Below, in pieces: positions 16,029-27,242 of a stretch of 64,000 nt of DNA. Under the pieces are notes generated by a model. The model saw only the letters and a list, made by a program, of their open reading frames with translations. It made no database searches and was not told the DNA's origin. A program made the position numbers and the translations under genes. The stretch is from positions 32,001 through 96,000 of IMG/VR virus record IMGVR_UViG_3300032770_000007; one strand, given 5' to 3'. Source of the DNA: a virus. Every line of letters begins with the position of its first letter. Within the stretch, counting starts at the first letter, position 1.

Positions 16029-16274
16029 GTATAATATTGTCTCCTTCAACTTCAAGAAGGCATATTATACGTCAAAAATCTACTAAGTAAAGCTTATTTA
16101 GCCCAACAATATCAATCAGTTATACAATATCAAAACAAGTTATTGATTTTCAATCAAATATAGTCTGCTGCTGTTTCGGCCATCTGGATTTTATGGCCTT
16201 GCGATAAGTTCAAAGTATCGCAACTCTTGAAAGCGAGAGGCACGCAGCAACTCCTTGGTGTTTATTTAGCTGGC

Positions 16275-16967
16275 TTAACATGGATTTTTGATAACAACAC
16301 AATCTTTGTAACCAGGAACATGACCAAATCCGCAATCACAACAAAATACTTCTCGAAGACAACCTTCCATTATTTTATTATGACTAAAGCCACACTGTGG
16401 ACAAAAACTTTCTTTCAACTGTTCAGATTTTTCATGAAACGGATTTCTTGCCTTAGATTTCGTAACAGTTTTTCTAGTGCGTCGTTTGATAGACGTGCTG
16501 CGCCTTTTGGACTTACGTGTATTTCGCTCCCTGACTTTGTTAACATAACGTTCCTCAAGTTTCTTGAAATTTGTTTGTATAATCTCTTTGAGAGGGATCT
16601 CATACCTATTAGCAAGCTTGACAATATAGTATAATACATCGCCCATTTCCTCTTTCAACTTTTCTTTGTCTAAAATGTTTTTCTTTGGATCTCTGGCATG
16701 CTTCTTTAGCAATTCAAGAACTTCACCACATTCACCAGCCAGACCCATGGCCATGATATAATCATTTCTCCAGGACTTCCTACTATACTTTCCATATCCC
16801 CAGATATGTTCTACCCAGGCACTGAAAGCCTTTAGAAATGCTTCATCGCTATAGTTCAAATAACTATGAAAGGATACCCTAAGTTTGATATCTTCAATAT
16901 CCTGCATCAGATAACCCTCAATGAAACCAATACTATTGTCAGGAAGCCCATCAATACCAAAATCCAA
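16275..16967 (-). CDS. MazG-like pyrophosphohydrolase with C-terminal Zn ribbon
   Basis: GLAGECGEV..KK...EEMGDVLYY; CPQC and CDCG. Confidence 0.8.
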   Translation of the reverse strand: MDFGIDGLPDNSIGFIEGYLMQDIEDIKLRVSFHSYLNYSDEAFLKAFSAWVEHIWGYGKYSRKSWRNDYIMAMGLAGECGEVLELLKKHARDPKKNILDKEKLKEEMGDVLYYIVKLANRYEIPLKEIIQTNFKKLEERYVNKVRERNTRKSKRRSTSIKRRTRKTVTKSKARNPFHEKSEQLKESFCPQCGFSHNKIMEGCLREVFCCDCGFGHVPGYKDCVVIKNPC

Positions 16968-16986
16968 CCCACTCTTACAAATTTAA

Positions 16987-17256
16987 TCACTTTATTTCCT
17001 TCATTTGTTTAGCAATATCAGCATAGGCTACAGGCATTCTTGGAATGGTATAACCTTCTGTTTCAATCCAAAGTTTGGCACCACAAGAAAGAGGATTGTC
17101 TGGTTGATAGACCAAAGAACAAGGACCAACCATGTCTATGGCCATGCAATAGATTACTTCCTTCGTTTCTGTATCTTCTATACGGATAGGAGGAAGCTTG
17201 TTACCATATTTCTTGTTATGACGGATGACCTGTTGATTAACGTGTATTCTTTTCAT
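16987..17256 (-). CDS. hypothetical phage protein
   Basis: IHVNQ...PLSCGAKLWIET. Confidence 0.65.
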   Translation of the reverse strand: MKRIHVNQQVIRHNKKYGNKLPPIRIEDTETKEVIYCMAIDMVGPCSLVYQPDNPLSCGAKLWIETEGYTIPRMPVAYADIAKQMKEIK

Positions 17257-17755
17257 GCTTATAATAGTCTGGTAATATAAGTTGTTTCATTTCATTAGAC
17301 CAGTTCTTGGTCATCATATAATAAGCTTCCATTTCCTTCTTGGAAGGGACTTGGTCTTTCTTCTTGAATGGTATCACATTAGCCATGATAGTTCTTCCAT
17401 TTTTTTGGAATATCCTCACACATCATATAAATCATACCAACCACCAAAGGTAGAGCCAATAAGGACCAAAGATTGATACGTGCTGCCAAAATCAACAAAC
17501 CTATTGCTGATAAACCCCACCATATAGTGAATATTATATCTAAAAGCCAAAACTCCCAAGCACTCTTTTTCATAACTATACCTTTTCTATAAAACCTTTT
17601 CTATAAACTCTACCTGTGCCCAAGGCACCAAATCTGATTTGTAAACAGTCAATGCACGAAGTTCTACATACCCACCAGTGATGGCCATGATCTTGCGTTC
17701 ACCAGTAATCACTCCCATGCGAACTTTCCAAACCTCTCCAACTTTAATAGATTGA

Positions 17756-18295
17756 TCAGTCATTATCTTGCTCCAATTCGCGTGCTTCTGTACGTGCTTC
17801 ATCCCGTTCGCGCTTCTCCGGTCCGGCGAGAGCGGCGCGCGCAATGTCGATAGCGTTCTGGATATTAGCCATCAAACGATCTTTGGTTGCGATACTGCCG
17901 CATTGATTGAGCTTCGCGCCGATCTGCTCCAGCGCTGCGCGCAAGTGCTCATTTTCCTTTGCCAAATCAGCAACGATAGTCATCATTTTGTGTTTTGAAT
18001 CTTTCTTTGTTTCTACCTCGCGTTCCAAGCGGTCTATATCATGACATGCAGCATCCCAATTAGCACGCATATTCTTACAATCTGATTCAAGAGAAGCAAT
18101 CTTCCTATCCTGTATCTCAATTACACTAGCAGCCTGATCAACCTCTTCATCAGTAGTAAAACTACTACAAGGACAAGTAGGACCACACCTACAACCTTCT
18201 GGACGACTACAACCACCAGAATAACAACCACAACGGCATTCACCGCGTAGACGTTCAATCAATTCATCATTTGTACTCATCGTGTAAACCACCAA
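17756..18295 (-). CDS. Cys-rich coiled-coil hypothetical protein
   Basis: ORF; GC-rich 3' part. Confidence 0.55.
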   Translation of the reverse strand: MVVYTMSTNDELIERLRGECRCGCYSGGCSRPEGCRCGPTCPCSSFTTDEEVDQAASVIEIQDRKIASLESDCKNMRANWDAACHDIDRLEREVETKKDSKHKMMTIVADLAKENEHLRAALEQIGAKLNQCGSIATKDRLMANIQNAIDIARAALAGPEKRERDEARTEARELEQDND

Positions 18296-18971
18296 ATAAG
18301 TAATGCGACTGCTCCTGCACTATAAGCAAGAGCAACACCACGAACATATCCGCGCCAAAAAGGAGTTAGTCGTTTCACTTTAAATTCTCTGTATAGAATG
18401 AAAGTAAATAAACAATACCTTCACCAGATACTTTATAAAAGATTTGGAGTCTGCATCCTCATGGATACTTACAACTTTAACTTTCTTTCCATTGACTTTG
18501 CGATCCTTAGACGCAATCTCCAAAACCTGACCAACTGTAAAGGTATTCATTAGTCCTCTGGAATCAGTTCAAGCACATCACTACGAACCCAGATTGTTTC
18601 ACCAAGCAAAGAACGACGAACACCCACAAACTTTTCGCCATCAACATATTTAACCTGGTTCTTGGAAATGATATATTCCAAACCATTCAATTTGTTTCGA
18701 TAGCGTCTAATACTAGCAGCTGCTGATTTCATATTTTGTTCTTCCAACCAAAGTATATCTTGATCAGTAAAATCTATAGTAAATTTCTTGAATTTTTTAT
18801 TCATCAAATCCTTCATTTGGATTCCAACGCCATTTTTCCTTCTTGCCTACCTTATGAATCCTCTTTCCACCATCACCAGCATGGCGATCATTCTTTCTTT
18901 TCTTCTTGCGCTTTTCCTTCTGTTCAAAATGATCACTGATAAAACCTTCTGGATCTTTATCTTCTACTTCA

Positions 18972-19472
18972 TCAATCATGGCGTTCATGATCCTTCCAAT
19001 GCTCCTTAAATCGTTCTATTAAATGTTGTTGACGACCAAATGCTTCAATCTCTTCTGGACTTTCATAGTATCCATCAGAGTCCCCAGGTTTGGGTTCTTC
19101 AAATATTTCGCCTTTGTAACAATAACGTGTATCATCAATCTCAACCAACTCACCAGATAAATATTGTTTGACATGGACCAATTCATGAAAAAGATATTCT
19201 AATATAAGTTGCGTTCTTTTTAACTGGTTTTTTACTTCTGGTTTAAAAAATTCTTTGTTCACCCAAATATAGCATCTTTTTCTTTTACCAGTACCATCAT
19301 AATGACATGTTCCAGCATTGTCCTTGTCTTCTTCAGATGGCATGCTAAAATTGATTATAATAGAACAATTTTTCTTATATAGATCATCCAACAGATAATC
19401 TAAAGTGAATTTGGTAGCATAACGTATCAGTGTCCTATCACTTTTAGAGAAGTGCCCACGTATGAGGATCAT
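18972..19472 (-). CDS. putative zinc metallopeptidase
   Basis: HELVH..Q and PEEIEAF. Confidence 0.75.
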   Translation of the reverse strand: MILIRGHFSKSDRTLIRYATKFTLDYLLDDLYKKNCSIIINFSMPSEEDKDNAGTCHYDGTGKRKRCYIWVNKEFFKPEVKNQLKRTQLILEYLFHELVHVKQYLSGELVEIDDTRYCYKGEIFEEPKPGDSDGYYESPEEIEAFGRQQHLIERFKEHWKDHERHD

Positions 19473-20023
19473 GTGCCATAAAGCCTCCTAACTGGATGCA
19501 TTATTTAGCACAACACCATATTTTAGACAGCATTCTCCTCATTCCATGACTTAATAACATCACTCCAAAGCCAACGCATGAAGAGAACTCCAAGACCAAA
19601 TCCACCAAGAAGACCAAGCAAAAACATATTAAACATCATAAAGTTACCTTGAATTCTCTGTTTTAGGTTGCCAAATCAATTCACCATTCTGATCTTTCAA
19701 CTCATCCCAAGAAGTCTTGTGATTGAGTGGACGATCATTATAGTAGATACTTTGATATGCAAATGGATCATTTTCTTCAGCTGAATAGAAATCTTCATCA
19801 GCTGTTGGTTCTATTTTCTGTAACCAGGCTACAGGACAGGCACCCAATGTTCCATCAATATCAACTTCAACAAAAAGTATATTCTTATGCACACCATGAA
19901 TACCAAAATCTAGCTGGCCTGTTTCAATGCCTGACTTCACTATGGCTATAACACCATACAACTTTTGTGCTGATGTCTTACAATACCACTCAGGTGGCAC
20001 ATAGTAACAAAGGTCTCCTTTCT

Positions 20024-21004
20024 TTAACATTTGTCTACCTTCAAAAGGATTGTATGTTTATTTATTCTACCACTAGTCTTGGTAGGCTTTGTGCTCAAAG
20101 CATCAACAATCTTTCTGGCCTGACGGGATGTCATGTCCAGGACCTTGGGCAATACTTCCAAAGGTTTCCTGAGCATTTTGGTTGTAGAGGTAGAGGTATC
20201 AAAGTTCTGAATAGTAGTACTCTTGACTGTCAGTCCTTCACCTTCCCTAGCCATATAATGCGTCAGGTATCTGTACTGTGTATTGAATGTCCACAAACTC
20301 TTAGCACCAATCAAGGAAGTAGGATCAATGGACTCAACCTTGAACTGGTCTGACTTCTTCATGTAGTTCAAGGCACCCACAACTTTCTCAGGCTTGAGTA
20401 CCTTTTGCTTCCTGGGTGCACGGATAGCATTCTTGTTTTTACGAATGCGCTCCAGGTCAGTCAGTACCTGTTCATATACCTCTGGCTTTTCCAACTGTGT
20501 TTGGATAAGCTTGATTTCCTCAACCATGTAACCTACATGGAGAGGCTTTACACCAAGACTATTAGCAAACTCATACCAGTTAGCATCACCAGCCGTGTTA
20601 GCATCCATGCGACTTTCAATCGCACCAACATAGTCCAAAGCTTTGGCTTTGGTAGCAGCCTGGATGTCAAACTTTGGCTTCTCTGCTTGCTTTACTTCAA
20701 GCTTGGCTGTATGCTCCTTGAACAGTGACTTCATCTCAAGATAAGTCTTCTGTTCCTTTTCTGGAAATAGGAAGCCTCGACTGAGCAATCGCTCAGCCCA
20801 GGCTAGTGTCTGGAACCGCGTAGCAGTCACGACATCGGTATCCAGATATTCTGATGCCTTCTTGTCTGAAGCATTATCATTGTACCAACGGAAGGCCTGT
20901 ATAAGACCTGCTGTAGTCAAAGTTGTCGGTGTGTTGGCTAGTGGCTCAGATAGAAAAGGAGGTGTGGGTAGTTCCAACGCATATGAACGTGCCATTTTAG
21001 ACAA
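20024..21004 (-). CDS. hypothetical protein of T4-like phages
   Basis: 326 aa ORF ending GRINKHTILLK. Confidence 0.7.
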   Translation of the reverse strand: MSKMARSYALELPTPPFLSEPLANTPTTLTTAGLIQAFRWYNDNASDKKASEYLDTDVVTATRFQTLAWAERLLSRGFLFPEKEQKTYLEMKSLFKEHTAKLEVKQAEKPKFDIQAATKAKALDYVGAIESRMDANTAGDANWYEFANSLGVKPLHVGYMVEEIKLIQTQLEKPEVYEQVLTDLERIRKNKNAIRAPRKQKVLKPEKVVGALNYMKKSDQFKVESIDPTSLIGAKSLWTFNTQYRYLTHYMAREGEGLTVKSTTIQNFDTSTSTTKMLRKPLEVLPKVLDMTSRQARKIVDALSTKPTKTSGRINKHTILLKVDKC

Positions 21005-21477
21005 TCTCCGTCTCGCGCTCTTCTATGGTGATCGTATCACCCAACTCAAGTTCAATAGTTGACCAAAGTGCTGGCAGGCAATCATGACCAAAGCCTGCTG
21101 GTGACTTCCGTAATGAGATCCGATCTAACTCACAACCAAGGCTATTTCGTAAAACAGCCTCACGGATGGTCCTGAACTCACTCATCGTACTTCTCCTGGC
21201 GGACGAGGAGAGACCAACGCACGCCTATTTCGACACCAGTCGCAACCACCATCACTTTCTGGGTCAGAAGTGTCATCAGAGGTGCAATCCGGACACAGAG
21301 CTTCTTGCAGTGCCGCGCGCAGCTGGTCGCGCTCCTCCCAAAGCTTCTCGATGGCTTCGCGTGCCTCGGTGCTCAATTCATCTGGCGTGTCATCCTCATT
21401 GAAGACTTCGGCCAGTCGGTTACACAACCCATGTAAATCACGTTTAGTGTTCATGGTTATCTCCTACTTGAGGTAAT

Positions 21478-21516
21478 CATTATACTCTTACAGAGACAGG
21501 AAGTAAAGCACTATAA
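21478..21516 (-). promoter_or_regulatory. early-type promoter, copy 2 of a 39-bp repeat
   Basis: TTTACT-17bp-TATAAT. Confidence 0.75.
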
Positions 21517-21531
21517 CTTGTGTAATATCAA

Positions 21532-21810
21532 TCAGTTGTGATCTACTTGAATTTCGAGTTCAGTCTTTCTTCTTGGACTGGTATGAATGATAACGTCCTT
21601 GACTCTATCTACCCTGAATGATCTCCAGTCTTCCTTATCCAAATCCCACACACTTATTTTTTCTCTGTTGGTACTGACAATGTCTTCAAACATTTCATAG
21701 AGAGTACAATTCATTACTCTTTCCTCACCATTCATTTTGGTAAAGGTCACGGTAACTTCGGGATAGGCATGAAGAATATTCATCAAACTATCATAATCAA
21801 ACTCACTCAT
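21532..21810 (-). CDS. WYL-like/SH3-fold protein
   Basis: VTFTKMNGEERVMNCT...VWDLDKEDWRSFR. Confidence 0.7.
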   Translation of the reverse strand: MSEFDYDSLMNILHAYPEVTVTFTKMNGEERVMNCTLYEMFEDIVSTNREKISVWDLDKEDWRSFRVDRVKDVIIHTSPRRKTELEIQVDHN

Positions 21811-22461
21811 ACCTCTTCAACCTCATCCCAAGATTTGAAAGCACAAGAAAGACGAAAGTCCTCTATATCATCCTTCTCTGGTTGCTCATAAAACTCTAAA
21901 ACTCCGGCATCATTTACTTCCATGTGATTAGCCTTGAGTCTCTTCTTTGTTTTCTTGATAGTAACTTCATATGTTTTCATAATGATTCACTCACAATATT
22001 GTTTGCTTTGACTGCACTAAAAATCAAACAACCTGCATTATAACGCATTTCTCGATGCTTTCTATCTGAAATCAACTTATCTTTCTTCTCTTTTAGAAGT
22101 TTGAAATACTCTAATGCTTTATGTGGAAATCTTTCAGCAGTCATGTAATAGATTTCAATATCCTGACACACCAAAGCAGCCACCTGCCTATATTGATCTG
22201 GATCATTATCCTGAATATCATCACTCATGATTTTCACTAATCCCCTTCAGACCAAATTTAATGATTTCAATAAGTCCCTGACGATTCAACACAACTGGTC
22301 TAGAAGTATCTGTCAGCTGATCTCTGAAGATAAAGGTCAAACCACCACCGGTGTTCAAGTTGATATCTACCAACTCTTCCTTTGGATTATCAAAATACAA
22401 ATTCAAAGCATCCTTGGCTCTTTCATGACCAATGGAACACTGATATACAACTTTCTTTTCT

Positions 22462-23424
22462 TTAGCCATTCAATCTACTCCTAAAATAATGAACTGTCTT
22501 CTCTAAGCCTTCATCCAAAGAAACTTTTGGTGACCAGCCTAACTCATTGATTGCTGATATGTCTGGACGACGACGTTCTGGATCATCTTCAGGCAATGGC
22601 TGATATACTATATTACTGGTAGATTTTGTAATAGTCAATATTTTCTCTGCCAATTCATTCATGGTTATCTCTTGTGGATTACCCAGATTGACTGGCGTCT
22701 TGGTATTACTAATCATCAAAGTCAAAATAGCCTGTATCAAATCATCAATATAACACATAGAACGTGTTTGATTTCCAGAACCACAGATAGTCAATGACTC
22801 TCCTCTAAGTGCCTGTACTATTAGATTACTTACTACCCGACCATCATTTATGGCCATGTTGGGTCCATAGGTATTGAAAATCCTACCTATGCGAATATCA
22901 ACCATGTCCTTGAAAATATAGCAAAGAGTTTCTCCTACTCGTTTACCTTCATCATAACAGGCTCTAGGACCATAGGGATTGACATTGCCCCAATAAGATT
23001 CAGGTTGTGGATGCACACTCGGATTGCCATATACTTCAGAAGTAGATGCCTGAAAATATCTTGCTCTGGTTATAGAGGCTATTTCCAAAGCATTAGTTGT
23101 GCCCTGAGTACAGGTCAATACCGTGCCATAAGGATCACTCTGGTAATGTACCGGAGAGGCTGGACAGGCAAGATTGAACACTACATTGATATGATCTTCT
23201 TTATACTGGCCATATTTCTCAAGAAAATATTGATCTGTAATGTCTATTTTATGAAACTTCAATCTTTCATTATAATGCTGGTCCCAAATATCTTCAATAT
23301 TTGATAGACTGCCTGTCTGGAGATTATCAACTATTTCTATCTCATTATACTGAGAACTATTAATCAAATATTTACTTAGATTAGAACCAATGAAACCACA
23401 TCCACCCAAAATCAAATAACGCAT
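22462..23424 (-). CDS. UDP-glucuronate decarboxylase (UXS-like SDR)
   Basis: GGCGFIG, LACPASPVHYQ, STSEVYG, YDEGKR, GRVVSN. Confidence 0.9.
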   Translation of the reverse strand: MRYLILGGCGFIGSNLSKYLINSSQYNEIEIVDNLQTGSLSNIEDIWDQHYNERLKFHKIDITDQYFLEKYGQYKEDHINVVFNLACPASPVHYQSDPYGTVLTCTQGTTNALEIASITRARYFQASTSEVYGNPSVHPQPESYWGNVNPYGPRACYDEGKRVGETLCYIFKDMVDIRIGRIFNTYGPNMAINDGRVVSNLIVQALRGESLTICGSGNQTRSMCYIDDLIQAILTLMISNTKTPVNLGNPQEITMNELAEKILTITKSTSNIVYQPLPEDDPERRRPDISAINELGWSPKVSLDEGLEKTVHYFRSRLNG

Positions 23425-23929
23425 TATATAACCTCAAGTATATTGAAACTCAAATGCTCCCTTATCAAACTTTAGCTGATCATCAATAAGAGTAACCTTC
23501 AAACTCTTCAACATGTCTAGAATGATTTGAAATCCTGAAAGAGATTTCTTAATAACAATGCCTTGACTACCAGAAGAAATTTGATTTTTCACAAAGGTCA
23601 AAGGATCACCAAGGTAAGTCTGAAAATAAACAATGTTCCAAACTTCCTTTTCATTCTCTAACTCACTCTCAAACAATACAACCAACCAGCGATCCATGTC
23701 CAGTTCTTCATTGTGTTCATATTTATGGCCATCCCCGAGATGGATAAAATGATACTTATAGACATTCGTCTCAGGCTTGATATCCTTTTTGAAATAGATA
23801 CCATCAACTGTCTTGCCATTGAAAATGTCTGAAACTTTCACAGAAGTTGCAAATTTAATAGTATCCATAGATCCGTGATACCTCTTTCTGCTCTTTGGTA
23901 TTTATGGTCACTGTCATTATAGTTTGCGG

Positions 23930-24234
23930 ATGGAATGGTCTGTCTAAGACTGCCCCTCGGTTGTAAATCCGATTATACAGTCTTAGACAGTATTGCAGTA
24001 TTTGCGGCCGGTGCCATAGATCTGCTATTTGGTTCAGGACAACCTGAGAAATTCATCTCAGGATATTCACTCATTTGCTTCTTGTGGGCATTCAATGAGT
24101 AAATAACTTTCTCACTCGGTTCAGGTTTTATTGTCCTGTCTGCCCCACTTGTAGTGTCCGTGAGGGCTCACTAATGACTACCAACCAAATAGCAGTCTTA
24201 GTCTCTGGTTTTTGCAGAGGATCTCTTATTCCAT
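23930..24234. other. highly paired non-coding element (ncRNA or origin)
   Basis: two 13-bp perfect stems plus nested stems. Confidence 0.5.
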
Positions 24235-24401
24235 GAATATTTCAATGCCAGTAGGCATGTTTTGTAATATTATGTATTCTTGTATGTCGTGTAATAGTTG
24301 TGTGTATAAGTATTCGCATTTGTCACAACATTCCCAGGGAGGGCAATGGCATTCCATGGCTCTCTCGCCAACGGATATGCTCTCTATGAGATTATTGTTT
24401 G

Positions 24402-24998
24402 TCATATATGGGATTGTGTATATTGTCCGTATTTTGCTATGAAATAACTGTCTATAATGTCTGAAATAGGACTAGATATTTTGGTTCTCTTAGGGTAGAA
24501 TATTTTATTAATATCTGGATTGTTTTGTTTAAGAAATGCATCATACATCATTTGTTTGTCTGCATTGCCTTTGTCAGTTGCAAACTTTTTGATTACAGTA
24601 GGAGGGATGGTATTCAATAGCCAGCCTTTTTGATGTACCTTATGTTTGAATAGACCAGTGGCCTCTGCGATATTGAAGACTCTACCCTTGGAACCTAAAG
24701 AGTAATCTTCTAGATAGATAGTTGGTTTGGTATTTGGTTCATAATGATAAGAATAATCTGTAATGAATTGTATCAAAGTATTACTAATATTATCATAGCG
24801 TTCTTCTGCAGATTTGTATAAGAGATGCCTTGAAGGTCTTATCCAGGTATCTGACATAAAATCAAATGGAGTTGATGAATCAGCAATAAATTTGAAATGA
24901 GATAGTTTGAAAGTGTCTCTTAGTACACAAATACAAGGACAGGTGATGCTGAAATCAACTCCAATTATCATTAGTTTCACTTGCCTCATCGTCATCAC
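24402..24998 (-). CDS. RuvC-like nuclease
   Basis: IIGVDFS, LEDY, IKKFATDKGNADK, DIIDS. Confidence 0.75.
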   Translation of the reverse strand: MMTMRQVKLMIIGVDFSITCPCICVLRDTFKLSHFKFIADSSTPFDFMSDTWIRPSRHLLYKSAEERYDNISNTLIQFITDYSYHYEPNTKPTIYLEDYSLGSKGRVFNIAEATGLFKHKVHQKGWLLNTIPPTVIKKFATDKGNADKQMMYDAFLKQNNPDINKIFYPKRTKISSPISDIIDSYFIAKYGQYTQSHI

Positions 24999-25308
24999 TT
25001 TCTAATAGATCGCCATCATCCTCATCAATAACTTCTCCACAGAAAGGGCAATAGGATGGGGTCATTTTAGTGTTTTCCTCTGAGAACTTGATTGTGAAAT
25101 CTACATCACAAGGAAAACAAAATAATATCACAGATTTCTTACTCATAACTCTTTTTGCCTCTACGTCCAGTTCGTTTAAATGTCCAACCACTTGGTGGTT
25201 TACGATGAAGGTTTTGCCAAGTTGCGGCACAACTTTTATTACAAAATATATTGATACGATTATGTGCGGTATTTGGCTTAATCTCTTCTTTACCACATTG
25301 TTTACATA

Positions 25309-27183
25309 TTATATCTCACATACCCCAGAAACGCATGCAAGAGTATGACTATTTTTAGTTGTATCAGTTTCCTCTTTGAAGTTGGTCCAATCAATATCAA
25401 CATTCATTTCTTTTACAAAACTTTCATATTCTTCTTTTGTAATCTCTGTATAAGGTGCTTGACGATAAGAGCCATTATCTCTGGGCAAGAAACTAACACC
25501 AGATAGTATCTGAATGTTCTTATAGCACCAGGTTCCCACCTCTAACCATTCATCCTCACCGACGTATATAGTGATACTTGGTTTGTGTTCACACCAATGT
25601 TCTTGATAAACCTTCCAGAGTTCTAGTTGTTGAATGGCAGAACGATCATTTCTTGTGATTGCTCCATTAGGCGCCTTGATTGGAAATGAGAACACCCAAT
25701 TGGTTTTTTGATAGAAATCTTCTTCAGCCTTGAAGCCAGATTTGATCATGTAATCAGCCAAAGGATCCTTCTTATCCATCCTCACTCTGCGTATATAGTA
25801 AGCTGAGTATCTAGGATGGATCCCAGAGGCACTATCTACCAATTGTGATACTGTTCCTGATGGTTTGATGCAGGTAATGGCTGCTGATGGATTGATACCC
25901 ATGTAACCAGCAAATTCTTTATTGGTTGATACTGCTACTTCTCGCATTTCATCTAATATATTTGGATTTACTCCAGAATTCAATAGAGAGTTATCCATGA
26001 TCCCTGTAAGACTAACACCAAGCAATCTTTCTTCTTCAGTATTTGTTTTCCATTTCTTATTGAGATAACGAAAATCTGAAAGAGTTGATTGAAGGGTTCC
26101 TAATATAGAAGCCAATCTAATTTTTTTCTTAATATCATTCAAAGTATCTTCTGCTCTAATGACTACTTCTGAAAGATTACAGAACTGATAAGGACGTAGA
26201 ATGATTTCAGAACAAGGATTGGTACCATATTCTATTTCAACATCACGTCTACCATATTTTGCGGCTTGTTGCTGAGAAGCCTTTCTACTAAAGATCCCTC
26301 TTTCACCAGAATGACTTTCAAACAGACTGAGCCATTCTTTCATAAAGATACCTATTTCGGGTTTCTGTTCATAGACGGCCGAATTATTTGAAAGAGCTCT
26401 GTGAGCATTCTTATTCCACCATTCACCAAACTTAGCCAATCTCATATGATCATCATTCAGATCACTAAGAGATATGAGAGCAGAACGTCTGACTCCTCCA
26501 CTGACAACCACATCAGCAACTTTACAAACCAAATCATGGCATTCTATTGTTGTTAGTTTTCTACCTTTGGCTCTGGCAAATAGATCAATGGTATAATTGA
26601 GTAGATCAACTAGTGGTTCTGGACCTGATGATCTACCACCAAAAGTTTTCAATCTTGCACCAGCTGGTCTAAGTTTTGATACATCCCACTTAGGAACCTT
26701 ACCAGAATACAATAAAGAAAGAAACTCTCTATAACCTGATGCCCAACCAATACGACTATCCTTAAAAATAATAGTGGTATCAGTAGGATGAAACTCATCA
26801 GGAACTTCTGGAAGTTTATTTGTGTATCGACTTTCAATAGAAAATCCTACACCAGTCCCGCACATTAAGATATACATTATTTCATCAAATGCTTTTACAT
26901 TGTCTATTGTTACATAAGAACAATTATATCCAGCGCATTGATCTATATCAAGAGCATCACCAGCAGTCATTAGTGCTCTCATTGAAGGCATGACTTCAAG
27001 ATTCAAAATGGCCGCATGAAGTTCATCCCAAGGGATCTTCCTTGATCCGGCGGAAATTCTATTCTTGAAGTATTTGATATATCTCGTTATTGTTTCTTCC
27101 CAAGTTTCTCTTCTTCCCAAGTCATCATAAAATCGTGCATATTTGGATACATGTATCCAACTTTGATAGGAGGTTGGTAGCAT
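25309..27183 (-). CDS. nrdJ: class II (B12-dependent) ribonucleotide reductase
   Basis: YNC, GGVRRSA, TNPCSE, CNLSE, IKPSGT, C-terminal CVSGVCEI; no small subunit nearby. Confidence 0.9.
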   Translation of the reverse strand: MLPTSYQSWIHVSKYARFYDDLGRRETWEETITRYIKYFKNRISAGSRKIPWDELHAAILNLEVMPSMRALMTAGDALDIDQCAGYNCSYVTIDNVKAFDEIMYILMCGTGVGFSIESRYTNKLPEVPDEFHPTDTTIIFKDSRIGWASGYREFLSLLYSGKVPKWDVSKLRPAGARLKTFGGRSSGPEPLVDLLNYTIDLFARAKGRKLTTIECHDLVCKVADVVVSGGVRRSALISLSDLNDDHMRLAKFGEWWNKNAHRALSNNSAVYEQKPEIGIFMKEWLSLFESHSGERGIFSRKASQQQAAKYGRRDVEIEYGTNPCSEIILRPYQFCNLSEVVIRAEDTLNDIKKKIRLASILGTLQSTLSDFRYLNKKWKTNTEEERLLGVSLTGIMDNSLLNSGVNPNILDEMREVAVSTNKEFAGYMGINPSAAITCIKPSGTVSQLVDSASGIHPRYSAYYIRRVRMDKKDPLADYMIKSGFKAEEDFYQKTNWVFSFPIKAPNGAITRNDRSAIQQLELWKVYQEHWCEHKPSITIYVGEDEWLEVGTWCYKNIQILSGVSFLPRDNGSYRQAPYTEITKEEYESFVKEMNVDIDWTNFKEETDTTKNSHTLACVSGVCEI

Positions 27184-27242
27184 TATTTGCCTTTTTATTT
27201 CGAAGGGTTTTTGTTATGTGATATACTTAGTAAAACTAAGTC

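Noticed and set aside
17770-21420. GC-rich patches near 17770-17945 and 21190-21420 as mobile elements
   Set aside because: No terminal repeats or transposase; ordinary mosaic gene fragments
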